Positions 9,824 through 20,575 of a DNA stretch of 64,000 nucleotides are shown piece by piece; position 1 is the stretch's first letter; every line of letters starts with the position of its first letter. Made by a program: the position numbers and the translations under genes. The notes under the pieces were generated by a model. The model saw only the letters and a list, made by a program, of their open reading frames with translations, ran no database searches and was not told where the DNA came from. The stretch is from Candidatus Binatia bacterium (GTDB taxonomy: Bacteria > Desulfobacterota > Binatia > HRBIN30): assembly GCA_038245295.1 (NCBI GenBank), contig JBBRSP010000009.1:1-64000 (forward strand), written 5' to 3'.

Positions 9824-10759
9824 CTACTTCTCCAACTCCTCGCGCAACGAGTACAATTTCTGGCGCGCCTCGTTGATGTGGGCATCGAGATTGCGCCGGT
9901 GGTTGGCGAGCAGCCCATCGGAGGATCCGTTGCAGACAAACAACGGCTTCAACTGCGCCGCACTCCCCAGTGCCGCGGCAACTTCCGTAACCATCGTGGC
10001 AAGGGCGGGACGGTTATCTAGATCGACAAGGTATTCACGATGCACAGCCAGCGCCAGGTATTGCAGCGCGTGCGCGACGCCTTGGGCGTGATAGAAATCG
10101 TCATCCGATGTCAGCCAGGTGGCGGGATCGCGATACAGCTTGGCGTGCACGTCGCCGAGAAGGTCGCTCCATGATTGGAAAAGGCGAATGAGCTCGACGT
10201 TGCGACGGTTCAGCGGCCGCGATTTCGGCGGTGTCGAGTGCAGTCCTTCGACATACAAGCGCAAGTGATTGACGCCTTCGCGCAGCTTGCTCTCCGCGGA
10301 GGGCAGAAACAGCTTGGTCTCATCGTTGCGAAACGAAGTCTCGGCGCCGACGAGATTTGGATCGAACTCGTTGCTGGAAATCTTGGTCAGGTGATCCTTG
10401 AAGACACGCACGCTCTCGCGCACCGCCTGTAGGATCCCGAGCTGACGATTGGCGTTGTTGTCGGCCAGCAGCGACGGGCCCCACAGAAAGAAGTCATTGG
10501 GGCGCCATCCCGTGTGACCGCTCAGCTCATGATCGATGAGCGCCGCGACCGTCGCCGCGAATACCTCGCCGCCGACCAATTCCTTCTCCTTGGGGAACTG
10601 CGCGTTGATGTCGAATGGCAGCACGTTGTGCCGTTTTTGGCCGTAATGCAGTGCCGCCACCGACACCAAGGCAAACACCACAACAAAGGCGGCGGCCATA
10701 ATCGCCGCCGGGGCAGCCCCGCGCTGTCCAATCGACCACTTCTTCTGCATTCGGCACAC
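9824..10759 (-). CDS. DUF2333-like membrane-anchored protein
   Basis: N-terminal TM helix; GWRPND, DNNANRQLG, DDDFYHAQG and NG...ANH motifs. Confidence 0.75.
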   Translation of the reverse strand: MCRMQKKWSIGQRGAAPAAIMAAAFVVVFALVSVAALHYGQKRHNVLPFDINAQFPKEKELVGGEVFAATVAALIDHELSGHTGWRPNDFFLWGPSLLADNNANRQLGILQAVRESVRVFKDHLTKISSNEFDPNLVGAETSFRNDETKLFLPSAESKLREGVNHLRLYVEGLHSTPPKSRPLNRRNVELIRLFQSWSDLLGDVHAKLYRDPATWLTSDDDFYHAQGVAHALQYLALAVHREYLVDLDNRPALATMVTEVAAALGSAAQLKPLFVCNGSSDGLLANHRRNLDAHINEARQKLYSLREELEK

Positions 10760-10773
10760 CTCGATCCTTTCGC

Positions 10774-12117
10774 CTACGACTTCCGTCGCCGTGTGTCCAG
10801 ACGAGTCCGTATTGCCGACTCGGCGCCTTCGTCGCTGGGCTCGTAATACGACTTGTCTTTCAACACATCCGGTAGGTGCTGCTGGTCAACGACGTGGCCC
10901 TCGTAGTCGTGGGCGTATTTGTAATCGCGGCCGTAGCCGAGATTCTTCATCAACTTGGTGGGCGCATTGCGCAGATGCAGCGGCACCGGCAGGGGGCCGT
11001 ACTGCTTGACGTCGGCGGCCGCGGCCAGCATCGCCTTGTAAGAGGCGTTTGATTTCGGCGCCGTCGCCAAATACGTCACGGCGTGAGCCAGCGGGATACG
11101 CCCTTCCGGCAGGCCGACGAAGTGTAGAGCGTCCCGCGCCGCGACCGCGAGGGGCAGCGCTTGAGGATCGGCATTGCCGACGTCTTCGGCAGCGAAGATC
11201 ACGATGCGGCGCGCGATGAACATCGGGTCCTCGCCCGCCTCCAACATGCGCATGAGCCAATAGACGGCCGCGCCCGGATCGCTGCCACGCATGCTCTTAA
11301 TGAAGGCGGAGATGATGTTGTAATGCTCGTCGCCGCCCTTGTCGTAAAGGAGAGCGCGATGTTGAGCCGCCTCCTGCGCCAGTGCGACGTCGATGACTTT
11401 GATCTTCTGATGCTCGGCAAGCTGCGCCGACGTCTCCAGCGCGTTCAGCCCCAGGCGCGCATCACCGCGCGCGTGTTCGGCCAGGAACTCGAGCGCGCCT
11501 GGCTCGATGGACAACTCGAGCGCGCCCAGTCCGCGCTCGCGATCGTCGAGGGCACGCTGCAATAGAGCCGCGATGGCCTCCTTGGGGAGGGGTTCAAAAA
11601 CCAACACGGAAGCGCGCGACAGCAGCGGCGCGATGACTTCGAAGGAAGGATTCTCGGTCGTCGCCCCGATCAGGGTGACGGTACCGTCCTCGACGTGTGG
11701 CAGGAAGGCGTCCTGCTGCGCCTTGTTGAAGCGGTGAATCTCGTCGACGAACAGGATGGTGCGCTTGCCATGCATCTGACGCTGTTGCCGAGCTTCTTCG
11801 ATGAGCTCGCGCAACTCCTTGACGCCCGACAGGATCGCCGAGAAATGAACGAAACGCGCCTGGGTGGTACGCGCCACCAGGTGCGCCAAGGTCGTCTTGC
11901 CGCAACCGGGAGGCCCCCAGAGAATCAGCGATTGCATGCACTCGCCGCCGAGCATCTCGCGCAACAAGCGCCCAGGCGCGATCAGGTGGTGCTGGCCGAC
12001 GAACTCTTCCAGGGTTCGCGGGCGCATGCGCTCAGCGAGCGGCGCGTGTTGCTGGCGGACCTGCTCGCCGCGCGCGGCGAAGAGATCGGGCGAACCATCG
12101 TTGCTGCGTTTGGCCAT
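10774..12117 (-). CDS. rarA: Replication-associated recombination protein A
   Basis: [43 protein letters not shown] and [10 protein letters not shown] motifs. Confidence 0.97.
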   Translation of the reverse strand: MAKRSNDGSPDLFAARGEQVRQQHAPLAERMRPRTLEEFVGQHHLIAPGRLLREMLGGECMQSLILWGPPGCGKTTLAHLVARTTQARFVHFSAILSGVKELRELIEEARQQRQMHGKRTILFVDEIHRFNKAQQDAFLPHVEDGTVTLIGATTENPSFEVIAPLLSRASVLVFEPLPKEAIAALLQRALDDRERGLGALELSIEPGALEFLAEHARGDARLGLNALETSAQLAEHQKIKVIDVALAQEAAQHRALLYDKGGDEHYNIISAFIKSMRGSDPGAAVYWLMRMLEAGEDPMFIARRIVIFAAEDVGNADPQALPLAVAARDALHFVGLPEGRIPLAHAVTYLATAPKSNASYKAMLAAAADVKQYGPLPVPLHLRNAPTKLMKNLGYGRDYKYAHDYEGHVVDQQHLPDVLKDKSYYEPSDEGAESAIRTRLDTRRRKS

Positions 12118-12301
12118 TTGCTCTCCTGTGCTCCTAGTCGAGGCCTGGGGAAAGGTCCAATCGTCCTCCGCAGACTGCGCCCACCAGTCGCTCTCCAACG
12201 GAGCCGAGCGGTAGGCGCAAGCTTCAGCTTGCGCTGGAAGGCGTTGTCGGCCGATCGCGAATTGCCCATAAAGCTGCGGACTGGACTCGGGAGGACTGAC
12301 T

Positions 12302-13066
12302 TTGGAATCAGCATGGTTTGATCTGTTGGGCCGCGTGGCATTGGTGACGGGCGGTAGCAAAGGATTGGGAAAGACGATCGCGTCGGCACTCGCCCATGCC
12401 GGTGCCGACGTGGCGATCGTCAGCCGCACCCAGCGCGAGCTCGACGTCGCGGCTGAGGAAATCGCCACCACCGGCCGACGGGTCGTGGGAATTGCGGCGG
12501 ATGTCACCGACGAGTCGAGTATCGCCACGATGGTTGACGCGGTCATAAAGCAACTCGGACGCATCGACATCCTGGTGAACAACGCCGGCATCGGCGACAC
12601 CCATGCTGTCGTCGACATGGATACCGCGCACTGGGATCAGGTGATGAATGTCAATCTGCGCGGCCCCATGTTGTGCTGCAAACATGTCGGCCCGCATCTG
12701 ATCGAACGAGGCGCCGGCGGCAAAGTCATCAATGTCGGCTCGGTGATGGCGACACGCGTGGCGCGCTACATGTCGCCCTACTGCGCCAGCAAGGCGGCGT
12801 TGGTGCACTTCACCAAAACCTTGGCGCTCGAATGGATGCGCCACAATGTCCAGGTCAACGCATTGTGCCCGGGCTACTTCCTCACGGACATGAATCGCGA
12901 GTTCTTCGAAAGCGCGCGCGGCAAGCAGTTCATCGCCGAGCTACCGATCCGCCGCCTTGGGGAAGCACGAGAACTCGAAGGTGCGGCGGTATTCCTTGCC
13001 TCGGAAGCAAGTAACTATGTGACCGGAACCGCGCTGTACGTCGATGGTGGTCACAGCCTCGCCTGA
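12302..13066 (+). CDS. SDR family oxidoreductase
   Basis: TGGSKGLG, NNAG and YCASK motifs. Confidence 0.95.
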   Translation: MESAWFDLLGRVALVTGGSKGLGKTIASALAHAGADVAIVSRTQRELDVAAEEIATTGRRVVGIAADVTDESSIATMVDAVIKQLGRIDILVNNAGIGDTHAVVDMDTAHWDQVMNVNLRGPMLCCKHVGPHLIERGAGGKVINVGSVMATRVARYMSPYCASKAALVHFTKTLALEWMRHNVQVNALCPGYFLTDMNREFFESARGKQFIAELPIRRLGEARELEGAAVFLASEASNYVTGTALYVDGGHSLA

Positions 13067-13120
13067 GCCGCTTCAGGTCCTTGCGGAACAGCGAAACACC
13101 ACCGACGGGAGAGCCGAGAC

Positions 13121-13747
13121 CTACCGCCTATTCTGAATCGTCAGAACACCAATCGCCGGACGAATCATCATTGCGTAATCTTCCACTTCGCCATCCGGCA
13201 GGAATCCGGTCGGCAGGGGAACCGCCACAGGAGCACTGGTCAGCCGGAAGCGCCCATAGTGGATCCCTGGGGACACCGTTTCGGGTATGTTCACGGTGAT
13301 GGTGTTGCTGCCGGGGGTCATGACGAGATTCTTGGCGATCTGTTCGGTCGGTCCAAACTTGCCGTTCGAGTCAAAATCCAACCAGGCATTCAAGATCCCG
13401 CCTGCCGAGACATTGACGATGAACGAAGCACTCGCTCCGGGTTGCAACATCCCGTTGGCAACGCCGTCATCGTCGCTGCCATCTCCCTTGCCATCAAGCG
13501 GCTCCATCGCGTCGGGCTCCGCATCACGGGCCGACCCGAGGGTCGGACCCGACGCTCCATGGCGCGCCCCATTGCTAGCCCGCAGCGTGCCGTAGCTATC
13601 CGGAGCGTCCCCGAAATCCGATTCGGGTTCCGGCGCTTTCACCTCCGGCACCACCACCTGTTTGATCGGAGCGGCCGACGTACGTTTGGGCACGGAGTAG
13701 GCGAGAATCAACAACGCGGTCGCCGTAGCGAGAACAATAGCTTGCAT
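13121..13747 (-). CDS. Exported GEVED-domain protein
   Basis: Signal peptide; DFGDAPDSY, AWLDFD.NG.F and GEVEDY motifs. Confidence 0.85.
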   Translation of the reverse strand: MQAIVLATATALLILAYSVPKRTSAAPIKQVVVPEVKAPEPESDFGDAPDSYGTLRASNGARHGASGPTLGSARDAEPDAMEPLDGKGDGSDDDGVANGMLQPGASASFIVNVSAGGILNAWLDFDSNGKFGPTEQIAKNLVMTPGSNTITVNIPETVSPGIHYGRFRLTSAPVAVPLPTGFLPDGEVEDYAMMIRPAIGVLTIQNRR

Positions 13748-13846
13748 GGAGCCTCAGGGTGCGGGAAAAAACCGACCCACGCCACCGCTATTTTTCCAAC
13801 CGTCCTTTTTCTGATCGAGTTGAAGTGCGCACCTCGGGGAAGGGCA

Positions 13847-14656
13847 CTAGCGCCGGCGCCAGATCGGCTTGCGCCTCTCGAGGAACGCACGTTGTGCTTC
13901 GCGCGCATCCTCAGTGCGGCGCAACGGCCGACCGAGTTCCTCCTGCCGCCGGTAGGCTTCGTCGAGCGACAGGTGCAGGAGCTCGCGGACACCCGCGCGG
14001 GTCGCCTGCACCGCCAACGGGGCATTGGCGGCGATGGCGTCGGCGGTCGCCAGAGCCGTTGCCATCAGCCGCTCGGGGGCGACAATCTCATTGATCAGCC
14101 CGATGTCGAGGGCGCGTTGCGCCGTGATCGGTTGGGCCGTGAGGAGCAAGTATTGCGCGTGCACCCAGTCGATTTGTTTGGGCAGTAGAACCGAGGCATT
14201 GCCGGTTGGATAGAGACCAAGCGCCACTTCCTCGAGGGCAAAGGTGGCAGCGGGAACCGCGTAGCGAATCTCCGAAGCCAGCATCAGGTCGAACCCGCCG
14301 GCACGCGCATGACCATTGATCGCGCACACGAGCGGGGTGCGCAGATCGAACCCGGCGAGTGTTGCCGTGGTAACGCTACGCAGGCCTTCGAACTCGATTT
14401 CACTGACACGCTCGCCGCGCGCCAGCTTCTGCGCCGCCGGGATGGTCGTTTTCATATCCATCCCGGCGCAGAAGACACGTTCGCCGGCGCCGGTGAGCAC
14501 CGCGCAGCGGATCTCCACATCGTCGGCGATGCGCCGCCAGGCCGTCGCCAAGTCGCTCAGCGTTTGCGTATCGAGCGAGTTGCTTTGCCGCGGCCGGTCG
14601 ATGGTGACGACCGCGACGTGCGGGTGCTCGGCAGGAAGGACGAGATGCGCAGCCAT
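13847..14656 (-). CDS. Enoyl-CoA hydratase/isomerase family protein
   Basis: FCAGMD, AINGHARAGG and NAPLAV motifs. Confidence 0.93.
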   Translation of the reverse strand: MAAHLVLPAEHPHVAVVTIDRPRQSNSLDTQTLSDLATAWRRIADDVEIRCAVLTGAGERVFCAGMDMKTTIPAAQKLARGERVSEIEFEGLRSVTTATLAGFDLRTPLVCAINGHARAGGFDLMLASEIRYAVPAATFALEEVALGLYPTGNASVLLPKQIDWVHAQYLLLTAQPITAQRALDIGLINEIVAPERLMATALATADAIAANAPLAVQATRAGVRELLHLSLDEAYRRQEELGRPLRRTEDAREAQRAFLERRKPIWRRR

Positions 14657-14689
14657 GGAACGAGAGGGCGGGCGGTTGCCGAACCGCCC

Positions 14690-15346
14690 CTACTTCTTGG
14701 CGCCGAAGGTGTTGTACGAGATGAAGTTCTCCGTCGGCAGGCGCTTGGCCGGCTTGAAGTCGGTACCGGTGAAATACGCCACCGGTAGCAACGCGGCCTG
14801 CGTGTACTTCTCGGGAATACCCAATAGCTCGGCCGCCTCCTTCTCGTAGAAGAGGTGCAGCGTGGTCCACGCCGAGCCAAGGCCACGGGCCCGAGCGGCC
14901 AACATGAACGACCACACGGCAGGTAGAATCGATCCGTAAATCGATGCCTGCGCCGCCACCATCGGGGCGTTCTCGACGCGTCCTTCGATCAGCGGCACCA
15001 GGTGCACGGGAGCTTCGTGCAGATGTTCGGCCAGGTAAACCGCCGAATCGACGATGCGCATGGTCTGATGGAAACGTGGATCAGCTTCCTGCATCTGCGG
15101 CTGACCGGCGCTCATATCGCGATACATCGCGAAGGCGCGTTTGTAGAGGTCAGCCAACCCTTTGCGTTTGGCCGCATCGGTTACCACCAGGAAGTGCCAG
15201 CCCTGGGCATTCGAACCCGTCGGCGCCTGCAACGCGATGTCGATGCACTTCTCGATCAGATCGAGCGGCACCGGCCGGGTGAAGTCGAGGCGCTTGCGCA
15301 CGGAACGCGTGGTAGTCAGCAGATAGTCAGCAGCTTTGAGATCCAT
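14690..15346 (-). CDS. Nitroreductase family protein
   Basis: TTRSVRK, APTGSNAQGW and RGLGSAWT motifs. Confidence 0.93.
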   Translation of the reverse strand: MDLKAADYLLTTTRSVRKRLDFTRPVPLDLIEKCIDIALQAPTGSNAQGWHFLVVTDAAKRKGLADLYKRAFAMYRDMSAGQPQMQEADPRFHQTMRIVDSAVYLAEHLHEAPVHLVPLIEGRVENAPMVAAQASIYGSILPAVWSFMLAARARGLGSAWTTLHLFYEKEAAELLGIPEKYTQAALLPVAYFTGTDFKPAKRLPTENFISYNTFGAKK

Positions 15347-15480
15347 AGTCGGCTCCTTTTTCGAATCGCGATGCGGCGCAATAGAGCATAGGCATGCGGT
15401 CGCAGGCGAGAGGGCACGGTGCATCGGGTCGGGCCCGAGCATGTTGCTCCCGGGCCAAGACTGGTGGTAGCAGCGGGCGC

Positions 15481-17616
15481 ATGTCGTGCCTCCGGCTGAT
15501 TTTCCTCCTGTGGGCTTGCCTCCTGTACGCCTGCGGCGAAGAGGATGGCCCTGGGCCGCTGAAGCCGGGTGAGGTGCACTTCGCCCAGTCGGCCACGCAA
15601 GTGACGCTTAGCCTCGGCGAACGACGCGCCGTGATCGACAAGCCGACCGCGCGGCTGATGATCGAAGACCACGGCCGCATCCTGGTCACCGCCCTGCCGC
15701 CGCAACTGGTCACTGGAACCACTTCCAACGGCATCAACGCTGCCGGAGCCGCAGTACCCTTCCTCGTCGACGGCAAGGTGCGTGGGGCGCAGCTTGGAGT
15801 GACCGACAACGACGCGACCCATCAATGGACTGTCGAATTCATCTCCGATCGCGCCATCGCCTCGCGGCTGCGCCCTGCCGCAAGTGCCACCGTCGATCGC
15901 ATCGTCACCAGTCTTGCCGTCACCTCCACCGAACATTTCTATGGACTCACCGAGCGCATGGTCGACGCGCCCGGCGCCGCGATCAGTGATCGCAACGCCA
16001 GTGAAGTCGCCCCGCGCGAGATTGGTTCACTCGACCGCCGCGGTCAGACCATCACCATGGAGATCACTCCAACCCTGGGGCTGTACACGCCATTCTTCCA
16101 CAGCTCCGCCGGCTACGGCGTCTTCGTCGAGGGCACCATGCCGGGCCGCTACGACATCGCGAAGGCGGACGCCGAACGTGTCACGCTCAACTTCGAATTC
16201 AACCGACGCACCGGCGAGCACAGCCTGGTTTTCTTTGCCGGCAACTACACGCAGGTACTCAATGAGTACTACACGCGGACCGGTCGACCGTTTGTCCCGC
16301 CCGCCTGGGGCTTCCTGCACTGGCGTTGGCGCGACGAGCACGCCATCGGCAGCGCCATGCTCGACGGCGTCGCGATGAACGCGCAGGTCGTCGAAGACAT
16401 CACGATGTACGAGAAACTCGGCATCCCTGCGGGCAGCTATGAGTTCGACCGACCATGGACCTCGGGCACCACCGACCGCGGCCAGGACGGTTTCGCCAGC
16501 TTTACCTTCGACCCCGAACGCTTCCCCAACAGCGCCGCGATGATCCAATCGCTGAAGCGCCGTGGGTCTCACGTCTTCGTGTTCGGCGCGCCGTGGGCTC
16601 TCGGTGACAATGCCGTCGACGCGGAGCGGTTCGGTTACTACGCGCCGCGCAACGATATCCTGATCGACTACACCAACCCGGCCGCGGTGAGCTGGTGGAA
16701 GTCGCGCGTGCAGACGCTGATCGACCAGGGGATCGACGGCATCAAGCTCGACCGCGCCGAGTTGCAGCCGACCTCGACCGAGCTACTCAACATGCCCAAC
16801 CGAGCCACCGACATCTTCACCGACGGGCGCAACGGCCGCGAGATGACCAACGCCTACGCGGTCGACTATGCCAGGGTTCACTACGACGCGTTCCACGAGC
16901 GCGTCGGCGACAACTTTCTGCACTACCTGCGCGCCGGTTACGCCGGCAGCCAACGCTACGCGGTCTTCTGGGGCGGCGACATCACCGGACGCAACTCGCT
17001 CGGGCTCGGACTCGGCACCGACCTCGGCCTGCGCAGTGCGTTGCAGGCATTGGCACATGTTTCGTTCATGGGCTTTCCGGTGTGGGGCACCGACACCGGC
17101 GGCTACTATCAGTTCACCGACCGTGAGGTCTTCGCACGCTGGCTCGAGTTCAGCGCCATCTGCCCAATCATGGAGATCGGCGGCGGCGGCTCACATGCGC
17201 CATGGGATATGCCGAGTGATCCGACCTACGATGACGAGCTGATTCGCATCTACCGTCGTTACACCACGCTGCATCATCAGCTCGCCGCGTCGATGCACAC
17301 ATGGTCGCTCCAAGCCCGCGACTCGGGTCGGCCACCGGTGCGACCGCTGCTGTTCGATTTCCCCGACGACGCCGCCGTCGCCGACCTTTGGGACGAATTC
17401 ATCGTTGGAGACGACATCATCGCCGCACCACTCTGGAAGAGCGGTGCACGCACACGCGAGGTCTACTTACCGCAGGGTACCTGGACGAACTTCTGGAACG
17501 GCGGGGAACGTTTCGTTGGACCCGCAACCCTGACTATCGATGCGCCTCTCGACCGCCTGCCACTATTCGTGCGAGAAGGCGCCGCGCCGCCGATTCAACC
17601 GGGGGCGTTGCCTTGA
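15481..17616 (+). CDS. Glycoside hydrolase family 31 lipoprotein
   Basis: Lipobox LYAC; FDPERFPN, DGIKLD (nucleophile), WGGD (acid/base), GTDTGGY and VYLPQGTW motifs. Confidence 0.92.
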   Translation: MSCLRLIFLLWACLLYACGEEDGPGPLKPGEVHFAQSATQVTLSLGERRAVIDKPTARLMIEDHGRILVTALPPQLVTGTTSNGINAAGAAVPFLVDGKVRGAQLGVTDNDATHQWTVEFISDRAIASRLRPAASATVDRIVTSLAVTSTEHFYGLTERMVDAPGAAISDRNASEVAPREIGSLDRRGQTITMEITPTLGLYTPFFHSSAGYGVFVEGTMPGRYDIAKADAERVTLNFEFNRRTGEHSLVFFAGNYTQVLNEYYTRTGRPFVPPAWGFLHWRWRDEHAIGSAMLDGVAMNAQVVEDITMYEKLGIPAGSYEFDRPWTSGTTDRGQDGFASFTFDPERFPNSAAMIQSLKRRGSHVFVFGAPWALGDNAVDAERFGYYAPRNDILIDYTNPAAVSWWKSRVQTLIDQGIDGIKLDRAELQPTSTELLNMPNRATDIFTDGRNGREMTNAYAVDYARVHYDAFHERVGDNFLHYLRAGYAGSQRYAVFWGGDITGRNSLGLGLGTDLGLRSALQALAHVSFMGFPVWGTDTGGYYQFTDREVFARWLEFSAICPIMEIGGGGSHAPWDMPSDPTYDDELIRIYRRYTTLHHQLAASMHTWSLQARDSGRPPVRPLLFDFPDDAAVADLWDEFIVGDDIIAAPLWKSGARTREVYLPQGTWTNFWNGGERFVGPATLTIDAPLDRLPLFVREGAAPPIQPGALP

Positions 17617-17678
17617 AGAATGCTTGACACCTTGGGCGGCCAGCATACGATCCGCCGAAGCCGACGAAAGGAGAACCT

Positions 17679-17930
17679 GTGGCCGATTTCGAAACCGACA
17701 TCCCGAAAGCCGCGCCGAAGCCGATCGACGAGAAGCTGGCAATGGAGCTGCAGCACATGGCGCAAGACGCCATTCTGCGCGGCAAACCGAGCGGCGACGA
17801 GCGCTGCCGCAATTGCCTCTACTATCTGAACCCCGACGAGGACATCTCGTATTGTTGGCACCTCAAGCTGCGCATTCTGGTCGGCGAGGACTGGTGGTGT
17901 CAGTGGTGGGAAGCAATTCCGGCGGAGTGA
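17679..17930 (+). CDS. Small HiPIP-like 4-Cys Fe-S protein without signal peptide
   Basis: CRNCLYY-...-C-...-V-x3-WWCQWW matches the HiPIP Cys pattern; RBS AAGGAG, GTG start. Confidence 0.72.
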   Translation: MADFETDIPKAAPKPIDEKLAMELQHMAQDAILRGKPSGDERCRNCLYYLNPDEDISYCWHLKLRILVGEDWWCQWWEAIPAE

Positions 17931-17934
17931 ACCG

Positions 17935-18462
17935 ATGAGCCAGTATTCACGCAGCGAGATCGAGGCGGCGTTCCAGCGCTACTGGCGCACCGGAGCCGTT
18001 GGGGAAGATTGGGACAAGTGGGCCGATCTGTTCACCGAGGATGCCAACTACGTCGAACATGTCCTCGGCAGCCTCAAGGGCCGCGAAGCGATCCGCGACT
18101 GGATCAAACCGATCATGGCGCAGTATGGCGAGCTCTACACTGCATACGAATGGCATACGATCGATGAGGAGAACGGGCGTGCCATCGTCTACATGCAGAA
18201 TCGCCGCGACCATCCGAGCGGCAAAGGTGTAATTGATTTCCCCGGAATCACTATCCTCGACTACGCCGGCAACGGATTGTGGAAGAAGGAAGAAGACTAC
18301 TGGGCGGTACCCGGTGCCACCAAAGCCACCGAGGAATATGCGACGGCGCGCAAGCAGTTCGATCGCGACCACAAGAAAAAGATGACGCGACTCGATTGGG
18401 GCAACGGGCCGGAGTGGACTCGCGGCGGCAAGAGTTACGCCGAGCGCCGCCCGGCCCCCTAA
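17935..18462 (+). CDS. SnoaL/NTF2-like protein
   Basis: ADLFTEDA.Y, GREAI..W and EDYW motifs. Confidence 0.88.
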   Translation: MSQYSRSEIEAAFQRYWRTGAVGEDWDKWADLFTEDANYVEHVLGSLKGREAIRDWIKPIMAQYGELYTAYEWHTIDEENGRAIVYMQNRRDHPSGKGVIDFPGITILDYAGNGLWKKEEDYWAVPGATKATEEYATARKQFDRDHKKKMTRLDWGNGPEWTRGGKSYAERRPAP

Positions 18463-18475
18463 TGCACGAGATCGG

Positions 18476-19342
18476 CTACGACCACACGGGCGGCCAGCCA
18501 AGCACGGCCGCCCGCTGCCGCCAGCCCCACGTCGTCGTGGCGCGCACGAGTTCGACGCCATCGCTGCGACGAACCACGTGCACCAGGTTGGCGGAGTGGG
18601 GCAGTCGACCGTCCATCTGCATACCCGCATCGCACCAAGTCGAGACACAGAGCTGATCACCGAGCTTCGCATCGACGTAGTACTCGACGTCGAGCCGTCG
18701 CAAGCCAAGGGCTCCGCCCTCGGCGAGCATCCTCTCAAGCGGCCAGCCTGCCTGCGCAAATAGGACGAAGGCGCCGTCTTCCAGGAAATCGGCGTAGATG
18801 CCGTTGTTCACGTGTGTGATGTGATCCAGATGCGACGGCATCACCTGGATGGTCAGCACGCTGGGTTCGCCGCGGCCAATCTTCGGCAGATCATCGGGAC
18901 GCGGCAGAGCGGGCACCGCGTCACCCTCGCTCAACGCCTGCACCACATCGGCGCCGACGCGCGACGGACGCCCGGTATTGCTGTCGCAGTACACCCAGTC
19001 GGTGACGACGTGGGCCACATCGCTGGCGCCGCGGCGAACAATGTAGCGGCGTAGCGAGCGGGCGCGCCGCACGTCGGTGATCTGCGTCTCTACTTGCACC
19101 GAATTCACCCCACCCACAGGTTGCAGCCGCTCCAGCGTGGTGCGGCGAATGATCCAGACTCGCCCTTCTTGTTGATAGCGCTCGGCGTCATAGCCAACGT
19201 CGGACGAAGCCTCGATCGCCGCTTGCTCACAGAGCCCGAGCAATCCGGAGACCTTGAACTCGCCGACAACGTCGACGTAGGCGTGTGAGATACGATGCGA
19301 GATGTGGAAGACGCGCATATGCTTGTCGGCTGCCACTAGCAC
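18476..19342 (-). CDS. Double-hotdog acyl-ACP/acyl-CoA thioesterase
   Basis: VDVVG in the first hotdog and LDHITHVNNGIY in the second. Confidence 0.88.
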   Translation of the reverse strand: MLVAADKHMRVFHISHRISHAYVDVVGEFKVSGLLGLCEQAAIEASSDVGYDAERYQQEGRVWIIRRTTLERLQPVGGVNSVQVETQITDVRRARSLRRYIVRRGASDVAHVVTDWVYCDSNTGRPSRVGADVVQALSEGDAVPALPRPDDLPKIGRGEPSVLTIQVMPSHLDHITHVNNGIYADFLEDGAFVLFAQAGWPLERMLAEGGALGLRRLDVEYYVDAKLGDQLCVSTWCDAGMQMDGRLPHSANLVHVVRRSDGVELVRATTTWGWRQRAAVLGWPPVWS

Positions 19343-19379
19343 CTAACCGGATCGACGTTAAACGGCGACCCACGCAGTG

Positions 19380-19688
19380 GTAGTGGGTCCGTTTGATTCC
19401 CAAGGGGTAGGCAACGTCATCCCGGCGAAAGAGTGTGTCGATTTACTTGGAAACCATACTTGAAACCGAGCAAACCTATCCGTCATACCGGCGAAAGCCG
19501 GTAGCTCGCCAACTTTCGAGCCTTCCAGCAGGGGGAGATCCCGGTTTTCACCGGGATGACGTTGCTCCATTTTGGTTTTACGACAGTCTCTTTCGCCGGG
19601 ATGACGTTGCTTCATTTCAGTTTATCAACAGTCTCGTTCGCCGGAATGACGAATCCTCGCCGCCTCGGTTTTCAAATGGACCCACTAC
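19380..19688. mobile_element. Composite MITE: outer 17-bp inverted repeats enclosing REPs and a 160-bp inner MITE (19431-19590)
   Basis: GTAGTGGGTCCGTTTGA...TCAAATGGACCCACTAC (16/17 match); inner part nearly identical to 24395-24599. Confidence 0.8.
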
Positions 19689-19743
19689 TCACACAGTTGT
19701 CCGCCGCCCACCTAGCCGTTAGTAACCGACACGGAGCGCTCAA

Positions 19744-20550
19744 ATGGTACAGTGGGTTTGGAAACGTCGCTGGTTGTTCGCCTTTATCGCCGCGGCGTTT
19801 GCCCTGGCCTATCCGACCATTCGCGATCTCGTACTCAACGTCGAAGTTACGGCCGCCGAGCGCGGCTATCGGGTGGCGACTCGATCTGGTTGCTTCACGT
19901 GCCACGGCGCCAACGGCATGGGCGGCGTCGCGAACCCGGGCAGTTCCGATGAAGAGGTCCCCGGATTCAGCGGCGGCTCACCGATGATGTGGGCCAAGAG
20001 TGAAGACGAGCTACGTGAGTACATCCAGGACGGCGCACCGGAGCGCAAACTCAAAGATCCGAAGTATCGCGAGAAAACAAAGACGTGGTTGCTGGCGATG
20101 CCGGCCTACCGTGGGTACCTGAGCGAATCGGAAATCACCGATCTGGTCGTCTACATTCGCGCCATCTCGGCGCTGTTGGTTCCCGAAGAAGAGCTCGCCG
20201 CCAAGGGGCATGAACTGGCCCACAAGCTCGGATGTTTTCAATGTCACGGCCCGATGGGCGCGCGTGGCCCAAGCAATCCTGGATCGTTCAAGGGCTACAT
20301 CCCCGGCTGGTGGGGTGAGGACTTCAAGGATCTCGTGCGCGACGACGACGAGCTGCGCGCCTGGATCCTCGAAGGCCACATCCAGCGCTTGCGGGATCAC
20401 CCAATCGCCCGACGCTTCATCGACGCGCAACGCGTATCAATGCCAGCCTACCGGGACTTCATCAGCGACGCCGACCTGACGGCTCTGATGCGCTACGTAC
20501 GCTGGGTCAACGAAGGGCATTGGGACAAGCCGTTGAATCTTGGCCACTGA
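19744..20550 (+). CDS. Membrane-anchored diheme c-type cytochrome
   Basis: CFTCH and CFQCH, each followed by MPAY (axial Met); internal duplication. Confidence 0.92.
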   Translation: MVQWVWKRRWLFAFIAAAFALAYPTIRDLVLNVEVTAAERGYRVATRSGCFTCHGANGMGGVANPGSSDEEVPGFSGGSPMMWAKSEDELREYIQDGAPERKLKDPKYREKTKTWLLAMPAYRGYLSESEITDLVVYIRAISALLVPEEELAAKGHELAHKLGCFQCHGPMGARGPSNPGSFKGYIPGWWGEDFKDLVRDDDELRAWILEGHIQRLRDHPIARRFIDAQRVSMPAYRDFISDADLTALMRYVRWVNEGHWDKPLNLGH

Positions 20551-20575
20551 TCTTTTGGGAGTCGAGAGTCGAGCG

